DNA from: an uncultured Clostridium sp.
GTDB taxonomy: Bacteria; Bacillota; Clostridia; TANB77; CAG-508
Assembly: GCA_948442365.1 (NCBI GenBank)
Contig: CAOJRU010000001.1
Location: forward strand, 45,244 to 109,243
Reading direction: 5' to 3'
DNA: 64,000 nucleotides
The translations under genes were made by a program, and so were the position numbers. Positions 32,605-43,900 of this stretch are shown one piece after another (within the stretch, counting starts at the first letter, position 1; each line of letters starts with the position of its first letter). The notes beneath the pieces were generated by a model, which searched no databases, was not told the DNA's origin, and saw nothing but the letters and a program-made list of their open reading frames with translations.

Positions 32605-32650
32605 AAGCCGTTGATGTTTTTGATATCAACGGCTTATTATTTATTTTTTT
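32605..32650 (+). terminator. rho-independent terminator of the rpsF operon
   Basis: Stem aagccgttgat with atcaacggctt, followed by a T-rich run. Confidence 0.85.
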
Positions 32651-32723
32651 CATTCCAAAAATATTTACAATAAATAGTCGATATGTTATAATCAAAATAG
32701 TGAAATTTAGAGAGGTGAAAATA

Positions 32724-33680
32724 TTGAATCAGATATTAAGTATAGAAAATAATGGCAGAGAAAAAGTAAAAAAAAGTAAAACCAAAACCAAAAACAAAAA
32801 TAATGGGCCAATAGAAATACATACCATATTAAAATTTTTCTCAATTGCTATATTGATATTTGGAATATGTATAATAGGAACTGGGTCTTACTCTATGTAT
32901 AAAGAATCTACCAAAGAAGTAGCGAAGACGAAACCGGTTATCTATGTAGAACAAGCATCAGAAACGGAAATCTTACTAAGAGTAACCCATGATAAGGAAT
33001 TAGCTACCATAACCTATGATTGGAATGAAGAAGGTGCAACACAAGTAGAAGCCAATGGTAAAAAAGAAGTAGAAACCACCATAGAAATACCAACAGGAAC
33101 CAATACATTAAAAGTTCATGCAAGTGATATAAATGGTCAAGAAATTAAATACGAAAAAGTATATACAGTAGAATCCGATATTAATATTAATATTGAACCA
33201 GAAGGAAACAACTTAAAAGTAACAGCCAATGGAATCAATCAACTTCAATATATGACATACAGATGGGATGATGGAGAGGAAACAAGAGTAGATATTGAAG
33301 GTAACGAAGTAGAAGAAATCATAGAGACACCAAGAGGATTACACACATTAACCATTATTGTAGTAGATATGAATAACAAAACAGAAACAAAAGAGCAGGA
33401 AGTAAATGGGGTAACCAAACCAAAACTAGAAGTAACAGCAGATGATAACTCAGAAAATTTCATCATTAAAGCTTCTGACGAGCAAGGCATAAAAAAAGTA
33501 GAATTCATCATAAATGGAACAGAGAAATTTAGATTAGACTTAGCATCACAACTATCATTAGAAGAAAGAAAAGAATTTGAATATTCTTATCCATTACACG
33601 ACGGAGAAAATAAATTAGAAGTAACTGTCTATAATGAAAGTGATGTAACAGAAACATTTAAAGCATTATTTAACAAATAA
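32724..33680 (+). CDS. membrane-anchored protein with repeated beta-rich (Ig-like) modules
   Basis: TTG start after agaggtg. One TM segment (FFSIAILIFGICIIGTGSY). The internally repetitive segments differ (...TTIEIPTGTNTLKVHASD and ...EIIETPRGLHTLTIIVVD). Confidence 0.5.
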   Translation: MNQILSIENNGREKVKKSKTKTKNKNNGPIEIHTILKFFSIAILIFGICIIGTGSYSMYKESTKEVAKTKPVIYVEQASETEILLRVTHDKELATITYDWNEEGATQVEANGKKEVETTIEIPTGTNTLKVHASDINGQEIKYEKVYTVESDININIEPEGNNLKVTANGINQLQYMTYRWDDGEETRVDIEGNEVEEIIETPRGLHTLTIIVVDMNNKTETKEQEVNGVTKPKLEVTADDNSENFIIKASDEQGIKKVEFIINGTEKFRLDLASQLSLEERKEFEYSYPLHDGENKLEVTVYNESDVTETFKALFNK

Positions 33681-33689
33681 GGGGAAACT

Positions 33690-34490
33690 ATGAATATAAA
33701 TCTAATAGAATTGACAACGTATTTCATGATATACTCATTTTTAGGATGGGTTATGGAATCGATTGTTAGATCGGTTTGTGAGAAAAAATTAATCAATACG
33801 GGCTTTTTAAGAGGCCCGTTTTGCCCAATATATGGGATAGGAGCAACGATTATGTTTCTATTCTTAGAAGGATTTGAAAATAAGCCAATCCTTTTATTCT
33901 TTATAGCAATTATAGTGCTAACCACTTGGGAATATTTAGTTGGTGTATTTTTAGAAAAAGCATTTCAAACAAAATATTGGGACTATTCCGACCATAAACT
34001 TAATTTTCAAGGACGTATCTGTTTAACCAATTCTATTTGTTGGGGAATATTGGGTGTACTATTTGTAAAATATATTCATCCATTTGTCCAAGAAATGATG
34101 GCAAAAGTTGATACAAGCTTATTAAATTATATTATGGCTGTTTTATTTGTAATCTTTATAGTAGATACCATTACTTCTGTTATTCATGTAAAAAGTATCA
34201 AAGCAACATTAGAAAATATAGAAAAAATCAACAAAGAAATAAAAGAAAAGTTAAAAGAAATAAAAGCCATAAGAAAAGAAAAAGAAGAAAAAGGATTGTC
34301 AACGGAAAATATACAAGAGATAATAGAAAAACTAAAAAAGAAAAGAAACAAAATGATTTTGCAACTATATAAAAATGCACATCGTTTAAAAAAGGCTTTC
34401 CCAGCTATCAACACAAAAGAGATTACAGAAATTTTAAACCAGAAAATAGAATTAACGAAAAAAAGAGTAAAAAACAGGAAAAAGACTTGA
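33690..34490 (+). CDS. multi-pass membrane protein (putative ABC-transporter type IV / CmpB-like family) with a charged coiled C-terminal tail
   Basis: N-terminus IYSFLGWVMESIVRSV...GFLRGPFCPIYGIGA is typical of that family. Confidence 0.55.
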   Translation: MNINLIELTTYFMIYSFLGWVMESIVRSVCEKKLINTGFLRGPFCPIYGIGATIMFLFLEGFENKPILLFFIAIIVLTTWEYLVGVFLEKAFQTKYWDYSDHKLNFQGRICLTNSICWGILGVLFVKYIHPFVQEMMAKVDTSLLNYIMAVLFVIFIVDTITSVIHVKSIKATLENIEKINKEIKEKLKEIKAIRKEKEEKGLSTENIQEIIEKLKKKRNKMILQLYKNAHRLKKAFPAINTKEITEILNQKIELTKKRVKNRKKT

Positions 34491-34544
34491 AAAGAACAAG
34501 TCTTTTTGTATATAATGAAGAAAAACAAGAGAGGAAGAAATTAG

Positions 34545-35469
34545 ATGATACAAGATGTATATATAATTGATGATGATGATGCATCAATTGTAATATTTAG
34601 AGAACTATTTAAAAATGATCCCGAATATAAATTTACCAGTGTAAAAACAGAACAAATAGACATTGCCTTAAAAAACATACCATCTTTGATTGTCATAAAC
34701 GAAGATGCAATAGACCGAAATGTGGTCGATTTATGTAGAAAAATTAGAAAAGATGAAGATAATACCATAACACCAGTTATTGTGGTATCTTCTAGGGGAG
34801 AAAAAGAACATAGATTAAGTATATTACAAGAATCGATTGAATATTTCATCAAAAAACCAGTAGATGAACAATACTTGTATCATACGGTAAAGAACTTAAA
34901 TAGACTTCTTTCTACGAATAGAAGAATCAGTCCTTTAACAGGTTTACCAGGAAATGTACAAATACATGCAGAATTGAAGAAAAGAATTTTAAAAAAAGAA
35001 GCCTTTTGTGTACTGTACTTAGATTTAGATAATTTTAAAGCCTATAATGACGTATATGGATTTTTAAAAGGAGATGAAATCATAGAATTCACAGCACAAA
35101 CCATTATAGATTGTATTCATGAAAGTGGACTAAAAGATACTTTTATCGGACATATTGGGCGGAGATGACTTTGTAGCATTAATAGCAGGAAATGTTTGTG
35201 AAAAGTTATGTCAAAGTATATTAGCTCATTTTGATCATAACGTAAAAAAATATTTTACAGACAATGATTTAGAAAAAGGATATATAGAAGTAGCCAATCG
35301 AAAGGGAATTATTGAGCAATTCCCATTAACTTCTTTATCAATAGGAGTAGTAGTAGCAGATGAGGGAAGATTCAATAACATCCTAGAAATTGGAGAAGTA
35401 GGAGCACAAGTAAAACATGCTGCCAAATCCGTTATGGGAAGTAGCTATGCCGTTGACAGAAGAAAATAG
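34545..35469 (+). CDS. receiver-like domain plus GGDEF-domain diguanylate cyclase (motif variant GGDDF), needing a +1 shift at the CGG at 35160
   Basis: ISPLTGLPGN, YLDLDNFKAYND, and GHIG|GDDFVALI once C35160 is skipped. Track ORFs 34545-35168 and 35155-35469. Confidence 0.8.
35160..35163 (+). other. frame-break site CGGA inside the GGDEF motif
   Basis: Context att ggg C gga gat. The CGG is in frame with 34545. The exact junction is less tightly pinned than at the other sites: the downstream frame is open from 35134. Confidence 0.7.
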
Positions 35470-35482
35470 AGTTTCTGGTATG

Positions 35483-35811
35483 GTTCTTTTGGGACATTGC
35501 CTCAGGTTGCCACTGTGCCACTGGGGACGGACCTTTTTGGCAAATTCTTTATACTAATAATAAAATAGAAAAAAATAAAAAAGTTTTTTGTTCAAGCTAA
35601 TTATCATAGAAGTTCTAAATTCATAATATGGCACCCTTCCATGCACGACGCATGAACGCTTTCCATATTATGAATAAAGAACTTCTAATTCAATTACTTT
35701 CAAGCAAAACTTTTTTATTTTTTTCTATTTTTATTCTATTAATTTCAGGATTGCCAAAAAGGTCCGTCCCCAGTGGCACAGTGGCAACCTGAGGCAATGT
35801 CCCAAAAGAAC
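35483..35811. repeat. 329-bp nested palindrome: family C outer arms enclosing a family D element
   Basis: Perfect 61-bp inverted arms at 35483-35543 and 35751-35811. The inner palindrome (about 35569-35725) is homologous to 17650-17805. Asymmetric core at 35630-35664. Confidence 0.9.
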
Positions 35812-35884
35812 TGTCTCCAATCGGAATAAAATGCAGAAGCTCTTAATATAAATAGTAATAAATATTTATATTAGGAGTTTTTAT

Positions 35885-36642
35885 ATGATAGTGATTAACA
35901 AAAAAAGAATTTCAGTTATATTATCTTGTGTATTAGTAGCTGTTTTTGTATTTTATTTTCAAATTGCTAATAACAAAAATGAATTTAGATCCCAAAACAA
36001 TCTGGATCAAGAGCAAAATACAGTAGCGACAACCGCAACACCAGTATCAGGAAAAACCATTGTAGTAGATGCGGGACATGGTGTGCCAGATGAACGGTGC
36101 ACAAAGTAGTAATCGGTACAACAGAAGCAGAAACTAATTTGAAAATTGCATTAAAATTACAGAATTTATTAGAAACAAGTGGATGTAACGTTATTTTGAC
36201 ACGTTCCGATGAAAATGCCATTTATGATTTGGATAGTAAAACATTAAAACAGAAAAAAATTTCGGATATTCGTAATCGAGTAAAAATAGGAAATGAATCA
36301 AGTGCAGATATATTTGTTAGTATTCATCTCAATAAAATTCCTGAGCAGCAATATTGGGGATGGCAATGTTTTTATAAAAATGGAGATGAAAAAAGTACGA
36401 ATCTAGCAAAACAGATTCAGTCAAATTTGAATGATTCGATTCAAAAAGAAAATAAAAGGGTCGCAATGAAGTTAGATACTGTCTATATTATGAAACATGT
36501 AGAAATTCCAATTTCAATTGTAGAATGTGGTTTTTTATCTAATCCAGAAGAGGAGAAGCAATTGCTAGAAGAAGAGTATCAAAATCGATTGGCTTGGGGC
36601 ATTTATAATGGAATTACAGATTATTTTTATGATAAAAATTAG
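35885..36642 (+). CDS. cwlD: germination-specific N-acetylmuramoyl-L-alanine amidase CwlD-like, needing two +1 shifts (CGG at 36095 and 36114)
   Basis: VVDAGHGVPDE|GAQSSN|GTTEAETNLKIA is collinear with B. subtilis CwlD DPGHGGPDGGAVG..EKDVTLEVA. Also ISIHLN and VECGFLSNPEE. Confidence 0.8.
36095..36098 (+). other. frame-break site CGGT in cwlD (first)
   Basis: Context gat gaa C ggt gca. The CGG is in frame with 35885. Confidence 0.8.
36114..36117 (+). other. frame-break site CGGT in cwlD (second)
   Basis: Context agt aat C ggt aca, six codons after the first site. The downstream GGT is in frame with track ORF 36097-36642. Confidence 0.8.
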
Positions 36643-36756
36643 TTTGCCATTTTTTAAGCTAATTTTGCATTTATAAACATAATATGGTATAATAACAATA
36701 AGTAACTGTAAACATAGCATCGACCAAATAATTTGGTCAGAGAAAGGGAACAGAAG

Positions 36757-36963
36757 ATGAAAAAAATTGCAACCTTGTTAATCTTAGTAGGATTGATTTT
36801 ATGCTTTCTGGGGACAGCATATGAGATGATTTCATACGCATTTCGGTATGCCAGCATATTAGGGATATTTTTCCTTATATTTGGAGCCAGCATATGGGGG
36901 TATATTAAAGAGAAAGCAAAGGAGAGAAAATATGAGGAAGAACATATTATACGGCGCCTGTAG
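36757..36963 (+). CDS. small two-TM membrane protein (hypothetical)
   Basis: ATG follows aaaggga. Two hydrophobic helices and a basic tail. Contains two in-frame CGG codons (36844, 36952). Confidence 0.35.
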   Translation: MKKIATLLILVGLILCFLGTAYEMISYAFRYASILGIFFLIFGASIWGYIKEKAKERKYEEEHIIRRL

Positions 36964-36991
36964 TAAGGCGTCTCTTCCATTTTATAAAAAA

Positions 36992-37020
36992 TTGCATTTA
37001 ATAATGTAAAGTGTTATAAT
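36992..37020 (+). promoter_or_regulatory. sigma-A type promoter (extended -10)
   Basis: TTGCAT, 17 nt ending TGT, TATAAT. About 60 nt upstream of ATG 37080. Confidence 0.5.
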
Positions 37021-37079
37021 AAAAAAGAAAGAGATTTCTTTCAAAATAATTTATACTTAAGAAGGGATGGATTGTAAGT

Positions 37080-37898
37080 ATGAAAATAGTAGAAAAAATA
37101 AAAGAAATGTTTAGAAACATAAAAAATATAGGAAAAAAAACACCAAAAGTATTAGCAGCTGGAGCAGCTGTAGCAACGATTGGATTAGCTACAGGATCAG
37201 GAGGAAACAAAGATGTAGAGGTTGATAAAAATGTAAAAGTTGAACAAGAAAACGATTATAAAAATAGCTTAAAAGTTTTACCAGGAAATCTAGGAAAAGA
37301 AATTAATGAAAAAATAGAACAAAATGTGATCGAAGCAGAAGTAAATAAAGTAAACGATGAGGATACTTTACTAAGACTTTTTAAAAATGAGTTTATAGAA
37401 GACTATGAGAAAAAGACAGGAGATACTAGTTTATCAACAGAAAATATAGAACTATGGGAGAGAACACAAAGTAGAGTATATGTTGATGAGAATACAGGAA
37501 CCGTGATTACACATGGAGGTGAACCAACAGTGACAGAACAAAAATTAGAAGAACATGGTGTTAATTATTATACGATAGAAGATGTAGAAATTTATGAAAT
37601 CAATAAAAAAGATGGCGAAGTGATAGACTGTGGAGCATTAGTTGATGGAAAATTAAAAGAGGCAATGCTAAGTAGAGATTTATTTACAGACAAACAATAT
37701 TTAGGAATTCTTACAACAGAGAAATTTGAAAAAATGATACCAATTGTATTTGAATGGCGAAAGTTTATAGAACAGGAAAGTGAATTAGGAATAACAAGAT
37801 CAAAAAATGAAATGATAAAAATATTAAAAGAATATGGATTTAAAAGTGAAAATCAACAATTAGCAAGCGAAAGTGACGATGGATTGGAACACGAATAA
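37080..37898 (+). CDS. hypothetical secreted/anchored protein
   Basis: N-terminal hydrophobic segment KVLAAGAAVATIGLATG. No family recognised. Confidence 0.5.
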   Translation: MKIVEKIKEMFRNIKNIGKKTPKVLAAGAAVATIGLATGSGGNKDVEVDKNVKVEQENDYKNSLKVLPGNLGKEINEKIEQNVIEAEVNKVNDEDTLLRLFKNEFIEDYEKKTGDTSLSTENIELWERTQSRVYVDENTGTVITHGGEPTVTEQKLEEHGVNYYTIEDVEIYEINKKDGEVIDCGALVDGKLKEAMLSRDLFTDKQYLGILTTEKFEKMIPIVFEWRKFIEQESELGITRSKNEMIKILKEYGFKSENQQLASESDDGLEHE

Positions 37899-37918
37899 AA
37901 CAAAAAGTAAAAATGCAT

Positions 37919-37980
37919 AAAATTTCCACTCTTTGCAAACAATATGTTTAAAACATATGGAAGCAAGGAGTGGAAATTTT
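37919..37980 (+). promoter_or_regulatory. leader hairpin overlapping the SD of the giant glucan-synthase-like gene
   Basis: Perfect 13-bp stem aaaatttccactc (37919-37931) with gagtggaaatttt (37968-37980). The 3' arm includes part of SD aaggag (37965-37970). There is an inner hairpin atatgttt/aaacatat. The TTG start follows at 37981. Confidence 0.4.
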
Positions 37981-40900
37981 TTGAAGATCAATAAAGTATT
38001 AAAAATAAATGGTACCTTACTAGACAAAAACCAGCTAGAAAGCCATTTACAAAAAATAGCCTCTAATCATAATTTAACCAACCAATCACAAAAAGAAACC
38101 TATCCAGTACCACAAATGTTAGAAAATTTCAAAGTCATAGAACAAGTATATCAACTATTAAACGAACATCTAAAATTAGGAATTAGTATTCATCCAGCCG
38201 GAGAATGGTTACTAGATAACTTGTATATCATAGAAGAAACCGTAAAACAAATTGAAAAAGAGCTAACCCTAAAAAAATATACCAATTTTGTAGGAGTCAG
38301 TAATGGAGCTTACAAAGGATTTGCGAGAATTTATGTATTAGCTTCTGAAATAGTAGCTTACACAGATAATAAAATAGAAAGAAAAGACTTGGAAGACTAT
38401 TTGGTAAGTTATCAAACTAAAAAAACATTAAGTATGGAAGAAATATGGAATATTGGTATATTTCTTCAAATTGCTATGATTGAAAATATAAGAGAAATAA
38501 GCGAAAAAATATATAGTTGTCAAATACAAAAATATAAAGCAGAAAATATTGTAGAAAGATTAGTGGAAAATAAGGGAAAGGCAGAGCAGAATTTTAAAAC
38601 GAATTCCATCAAAAAACTAGAAAAAGATGTATTTAAGGATATGAAATATCCTTTTATTGAATATATGTCTTATATCTTAAAACGCTATGGGAAAAAGGGA
38701 TATAGCTATTTAAAAGCCTTAGAAGAAGCAGTAGAAATGAGTGGTACAACAGTATCTGAAGTTATCAAAAAAGAACATTTTGACATTGCTGTAAGAAAAG
38801 TATCTATGGGCAATAGTATAACCAGTATCAAAAAAATTCAAAGAATTAACTTTCTAGAAATATTCGAAAAAATTAATGGAGTAGAAGAGATTTTAAGACA
38901 AGATCCAAGTCAAGTTTATGAAAAAATGGACGATAAAACCAAAGAATATTATCGAACACGAATCAAGGAAATTTCGAAAAAAACAAAAATATCAGAAATG
39001 TATATTGCTAGAAAAGCACTAGAATTAGCACAAAATGAAGAACTATCAACAAAGCAATCTCATATTGGTTATTACTTAATCGATCAAGGTATCAATACCT
39101 TATATGATGTATTACAATATAAAACCAGTAGACAAATGAGTACAAAAGACAAAACAAGGGCTTATTTGTTAGGGGTAGGAATGCTTAGTATTTTATTATC
39201 AGTAGGTATGAGTAGTCTTATCAAATTAAATGTAGTGACATTTCTTTTATTCTTAATACCAGCGTCAGAAGTAGCAGTACAAATTATTCAATATGTATTA
39301 AGTAAAGTAGTAAAACCAAAGCCAATACCAAAATTAGATTATACCAATGCAATTGATGAACAACATAAAACAATGGTAGTTATTCCAACTATTTTAAAAT
39401 CCAAAGAAAAAGTACAAGAATTAATGAGAAAATTAGAAGTGTTTTACTTAGCGAATCAATCTCAAAATATCTATTTTACGTTATTAGGAGATTGTTCTGA
39501 AAGTAGTAAAGAAGAGGAAGAATTTGACCAAGAAGTAATGCACGAGGGGAAATTTTTAGTAGATAAATTAAATGAAAAATATAAGCAAGAAGAAGGGCAA
39601 ATGCCAATTTTTAGTTTTATTTATCGAAAACGTCAATGGAATGAGAAAGAAGAATCCTTCTTAGGTTGGGAACGAAAAAGAGGAATGTTGACCCAATTTA
39701 ACCAATATCTATTAGGAAAAATAAAAAATCCATTCCGTGTTAATACTTTAGAAAATCAAGAAAAAGAAAAGATTAAATATATTATTACTTTAGATGCTGA
39801 TACCGATTTAGTTCTAAATACAGCTTTTGAATTAGTAGGCGAGATGGCTCATATTCTAAATCAGCCAATCATAGACAGTCAAAAAAATATCGTAGTAGAT
39901 GGGTATGGAATATTACAACCACGAGTAGGAATTAATTTAGACATTAGTTATCAAACATTATTTACCAAGATATTTGCAGGAGCAGGCGGAACGGACTCCT
40001 ATAGTAATGCCATATCAGATACCTATCAAGACAATTTTCAAGAAGGAATTTTTACAGGAAAAGGAATTTATGACTTAGAAGTATATGATAAGGTAGTAGA
40101 AAATCAAATTCCAGAAAATACGGTATTAAGTCATGATCTTTTGGAAGGTTGCTATTTACGTTGTGGGTTGGCGTCTGACATTTTATTAATGGATGGTTAC
40201 CCAACCAAATATAATAGTTTTATGAATCGACTTTCAAGATGGATTCGAGGAGATTGGCAGATTACCAAATGGATTGGTAGCAAAAGCCCTTTAAATTTAT
40301 TATCAAAATACAAAATAGGAGATAATTTAAGAAGAAGCTTAATAGAAATAACCATTATGGTAGCAATTGTGTATTGTAATGTAATTGGTATAATCGACAG
40401 AAAAACATTTTCAATAACAGTTGCCACATTAATAGGAATATCCATATTTCCTTATTTACTAGAATTATTAAATGCGTGTATTTTTAGAAAAGAGGGGGAA
40501 GAAAAGCAAAAAACATTTGCTCCTAAAATATCAGGGATAAGAGGAACCTTTTATAGGCTCATTATTACCATTGGATGTTTACCATATAAAGCTTATGTTT
40601 CAGCAAAAGCAATTCTAAAAACATTATATCGAGTGTGTATTACCAAAAAACATTTATTAGAATGGACTACTTCAGAAGAAGCGGAAAAACAGGCGAAGTC
40701 TAATTTAGCTTCTTATTACAACCAGATGGCATTTAATGTATTAGTTGGCGTCATCAGTATTGGTTTAGGGCTATTTCGATTGAATTTATTAGCGGTTGTA
40801 TTGGGGATATGGTGGGCTATTACGCCTATAATTATGTGGTATGTTAGTAGAGAAATAGAAAAAGTACAACCAGTAGAACAATTAAACGAAGAAGAAAAGA

Positions 40901-43900
40901 AATATGTTTTAGAAATTGGAAAAAGAACTTGGGACTTTTTTGAAACCTATCTAACAAAGGAAAATAACTATCTAATTCCTGATAATTACCAAGAAGAAAG
41001 AAAAGAAAAAGTAGTTCCTCGAACATCTTCAACAAATATAGGGTTATCTTTATTAGCGGTTATCTCTGCCTATGATTTGAAATATATTGACTTAGAAAAA
41101 ACAATGGATTTATTAAGTAAGACAATTGATACCATCGAAAGTTTGGCTAAATGGAATGGACATCTCTATAACTGGTATAACATCAAAACCAAAGAACCAT
41201 TAAATCCTAAGTATGTATCAACTGTCGATAGTGGAAATTTAGCTGGGTATTTATATGTAACCAAAGCCTTTTTAGAAGAGATTGCCAACAGTTTTGAATT
41301 TGTTTGGCAACCAAAGAAGAAGCAGGAGAAGAAACAAGATAATTTAATTCATTTAAAGGCAGAGGAAAGTGGCCAAACAAACCTGAAATCGTTGGCAACT
41401 TCCTTGAAAGTTAAAATCCAGCAAATGATTGAAGATATGGACTTTAGTGTGTTGTATAATCACGAACAACAAATTTTTTCAATTGGATTTAATATCGAAG
41501 AAAATAAGTTAACCGATTCTTATTATGATTTACTGGCCTCTGAAGCAAGACAAGCCAGTCTAGTAGCTATTGCTAAAAAAGACGTGTCTAGTAGACATTG
41601 GAATTATTTAAGTAGAACTTTAACAACGTTAGGAAAATACAAAGGCTTGATTTCGTGGTCTGGAACAGCATTTGAATATTTAATGCCAAATATCAATATC
41701 CCAAAATATGAAGGAAGTTTACTAGATGAATCTTGCAAATTTTTAGTAAAGACACAAATGGAATATAGCAAAAATTTGAATATACCTTGGGGAATTTCAG
41801 AAGCAGCTTTTAATTTGAGAGATTTGCAATCCAATTATCAATATAAAGCTTTTGGTATACCATGGCTGGGACTAAAAAGAGGTTTGGCAGATGAAATGGT
41901 GGTTTCTAGTTATGCAGGGATATTAGCCATAAGTGAAGTACCAAAAGAAGAGGTAAAGAACTTAAAATGGCTTGAAAAAGAAGGCATGTATGATAAATAC
42001 GGATTTTATGAATCGATTGACTATACACCAGAAAGAGTGGAAAAAGGGAAAAATTCAGCTGTTGTAAAAACCTATATGGCACATCATCAAGGGTTAATTT
42101 TATTGAGTATTAATAACTTATTTCATAATGATATTTTACAAAAAAGGTTTATGAAAAATCCGGAAATTGATGCCGTTAGCATCTTATTACAAGAGACTAT
42201 GCCAGAGAAGGCCATCATAACGAAGGAAAAAAAGGAGAAGGTTGAAAAGTTGAAATATAAAGATTATGAAAATTATGTGCAAACAACGTATAAGAAAATT
42301 GACGAAAGATTAATAACTGGTAACTTTATTTCAAATGAAGATTATGTAGTGGCTATGAATCAAAAAGGACAAGGGGTTAGTAAGTATAAAGACGTTTATA
42401 TCAATCGATTCAAAGTAACTAGCGATTATCCACAAGGAATTTTCTTTGCTTTTAAGAATATCAAAAATAAAAATATTTGGAGTTCAAATTATGCTTATAA
42501 TGAAAATAAGGAAAGTCAATATCAAATTAGTTTTATGCCAGATAAGCATGAACAAGAAATAGTGAATGGAAATATTAAAACAAAAATAGAAACAACCGTA
42601 AGTTCAAACCAACCAGTAGAATTGAGAAGAGTTACACTAGAAAATCAAGGAAATGAAGAAGAAATTTTGGAAGTAACTTGCTATTTTGAACCAGTATTAT
42701 CAAGAAAAGAGCAAGATTATTCTCACCCAGCTTTTAATAACTTATTTTTAATTCCTAAGTTAGAAGAAGAAACCAATAGTATTATCGTACAAAGAAAAAA
42801 TAGAGAAGCCAATACACCTAAGTTTTATTTAGGAGCCAACTTATCCACAAATAGTGAAACCATAGGGGATTTTGAATATGAAATCGATCAAGAAAAATTT
42901 ATAGGAAGAGGAAATTTGGGGATTCCTAATCGAATCAAAAATTCTATTCCATTGTCAAAGAAAATGGGATTAGTAACAGAGCCAATTGTAGCATTGAAAA
43001 GAACCATTAAGGTAAAACCACAAGAAGAAGCACTTATAGATTTTATTTTAGCCGTCAATGAAAACGAGGAAGTAGTAATTGAAAATATTAAAAAATATCA
43101 ATCAACAGGAAATGTAACCAAAGAATTTGAGTTGTCCAAAGCAAGAGTAGAAGCAGAAAGTAGGTATTTGAGCAGAAAAGGTAGTGATATGGCTGTTTAT
43201 CAAAAAATGCTATCTTATATTATTTTTGATAATCCAATTAAATCACAATTAGTAGAAAAGAAAAAGAAACATTCAAATTACCATCAAAGTGAATTGTGGA
43301 AATATGGAATATCAGGAGATTTACCAATTATTTTACTAAAAATAAAGAATGTGAATGATGGCTATATCGTAAAAGAAGCTTTAAAAGCTCATGAATTCTT
43401 CCGCATGAAAAAAGTAGAAACGGAAATGGTCATATTAGATGAAGAAAAACATAGCTATGAAAACTATGTAAAAGAAGAAATTGAAGGCAGTATTTTAAAT
43501 CATCATATGGCATATTTAAAAAATCAAAGAGGTGGAATTTTCACATTAAGCAAAGGGGAAATTGACAAAAAAGATATAGAATTATTAGAGTTTTTAGCAA
43601 GTATTATCATAGATAGTGACAAAGGTGGATTAAAGAATAATATTAAAGAGTTAGAAGAAAATTATTTGGAAAAGCAAGAAGTAATTGGAGAAGAAGTACA
43701 AAAGCCAGTATTTGAGGAAGAAGAGAAAGAAGATATCGACTTACTAAGCAATCATGAAGAGTTAAAATATTATAATGAATATGGTGGATTTTCAGCAGAT
43801 GGAAAAGAATATTTAATGCGAATCAATCAAGAAAATAGATTGCCAACCGTATGGAGCCATATTATGGCTAATGAAAAGTTTGGAACGATTGTGACAGAAA

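Noticed and set aside
35770-35790. Sigma-54 promoter, suggested by TGGCAC motifs in family C modules (also at 49108-49122).
   Set aside because: The GG-to-GC spacing does not match TGGCAC-N5-TTGC, and the motif is part of a palindromic repeat present in both orientations.
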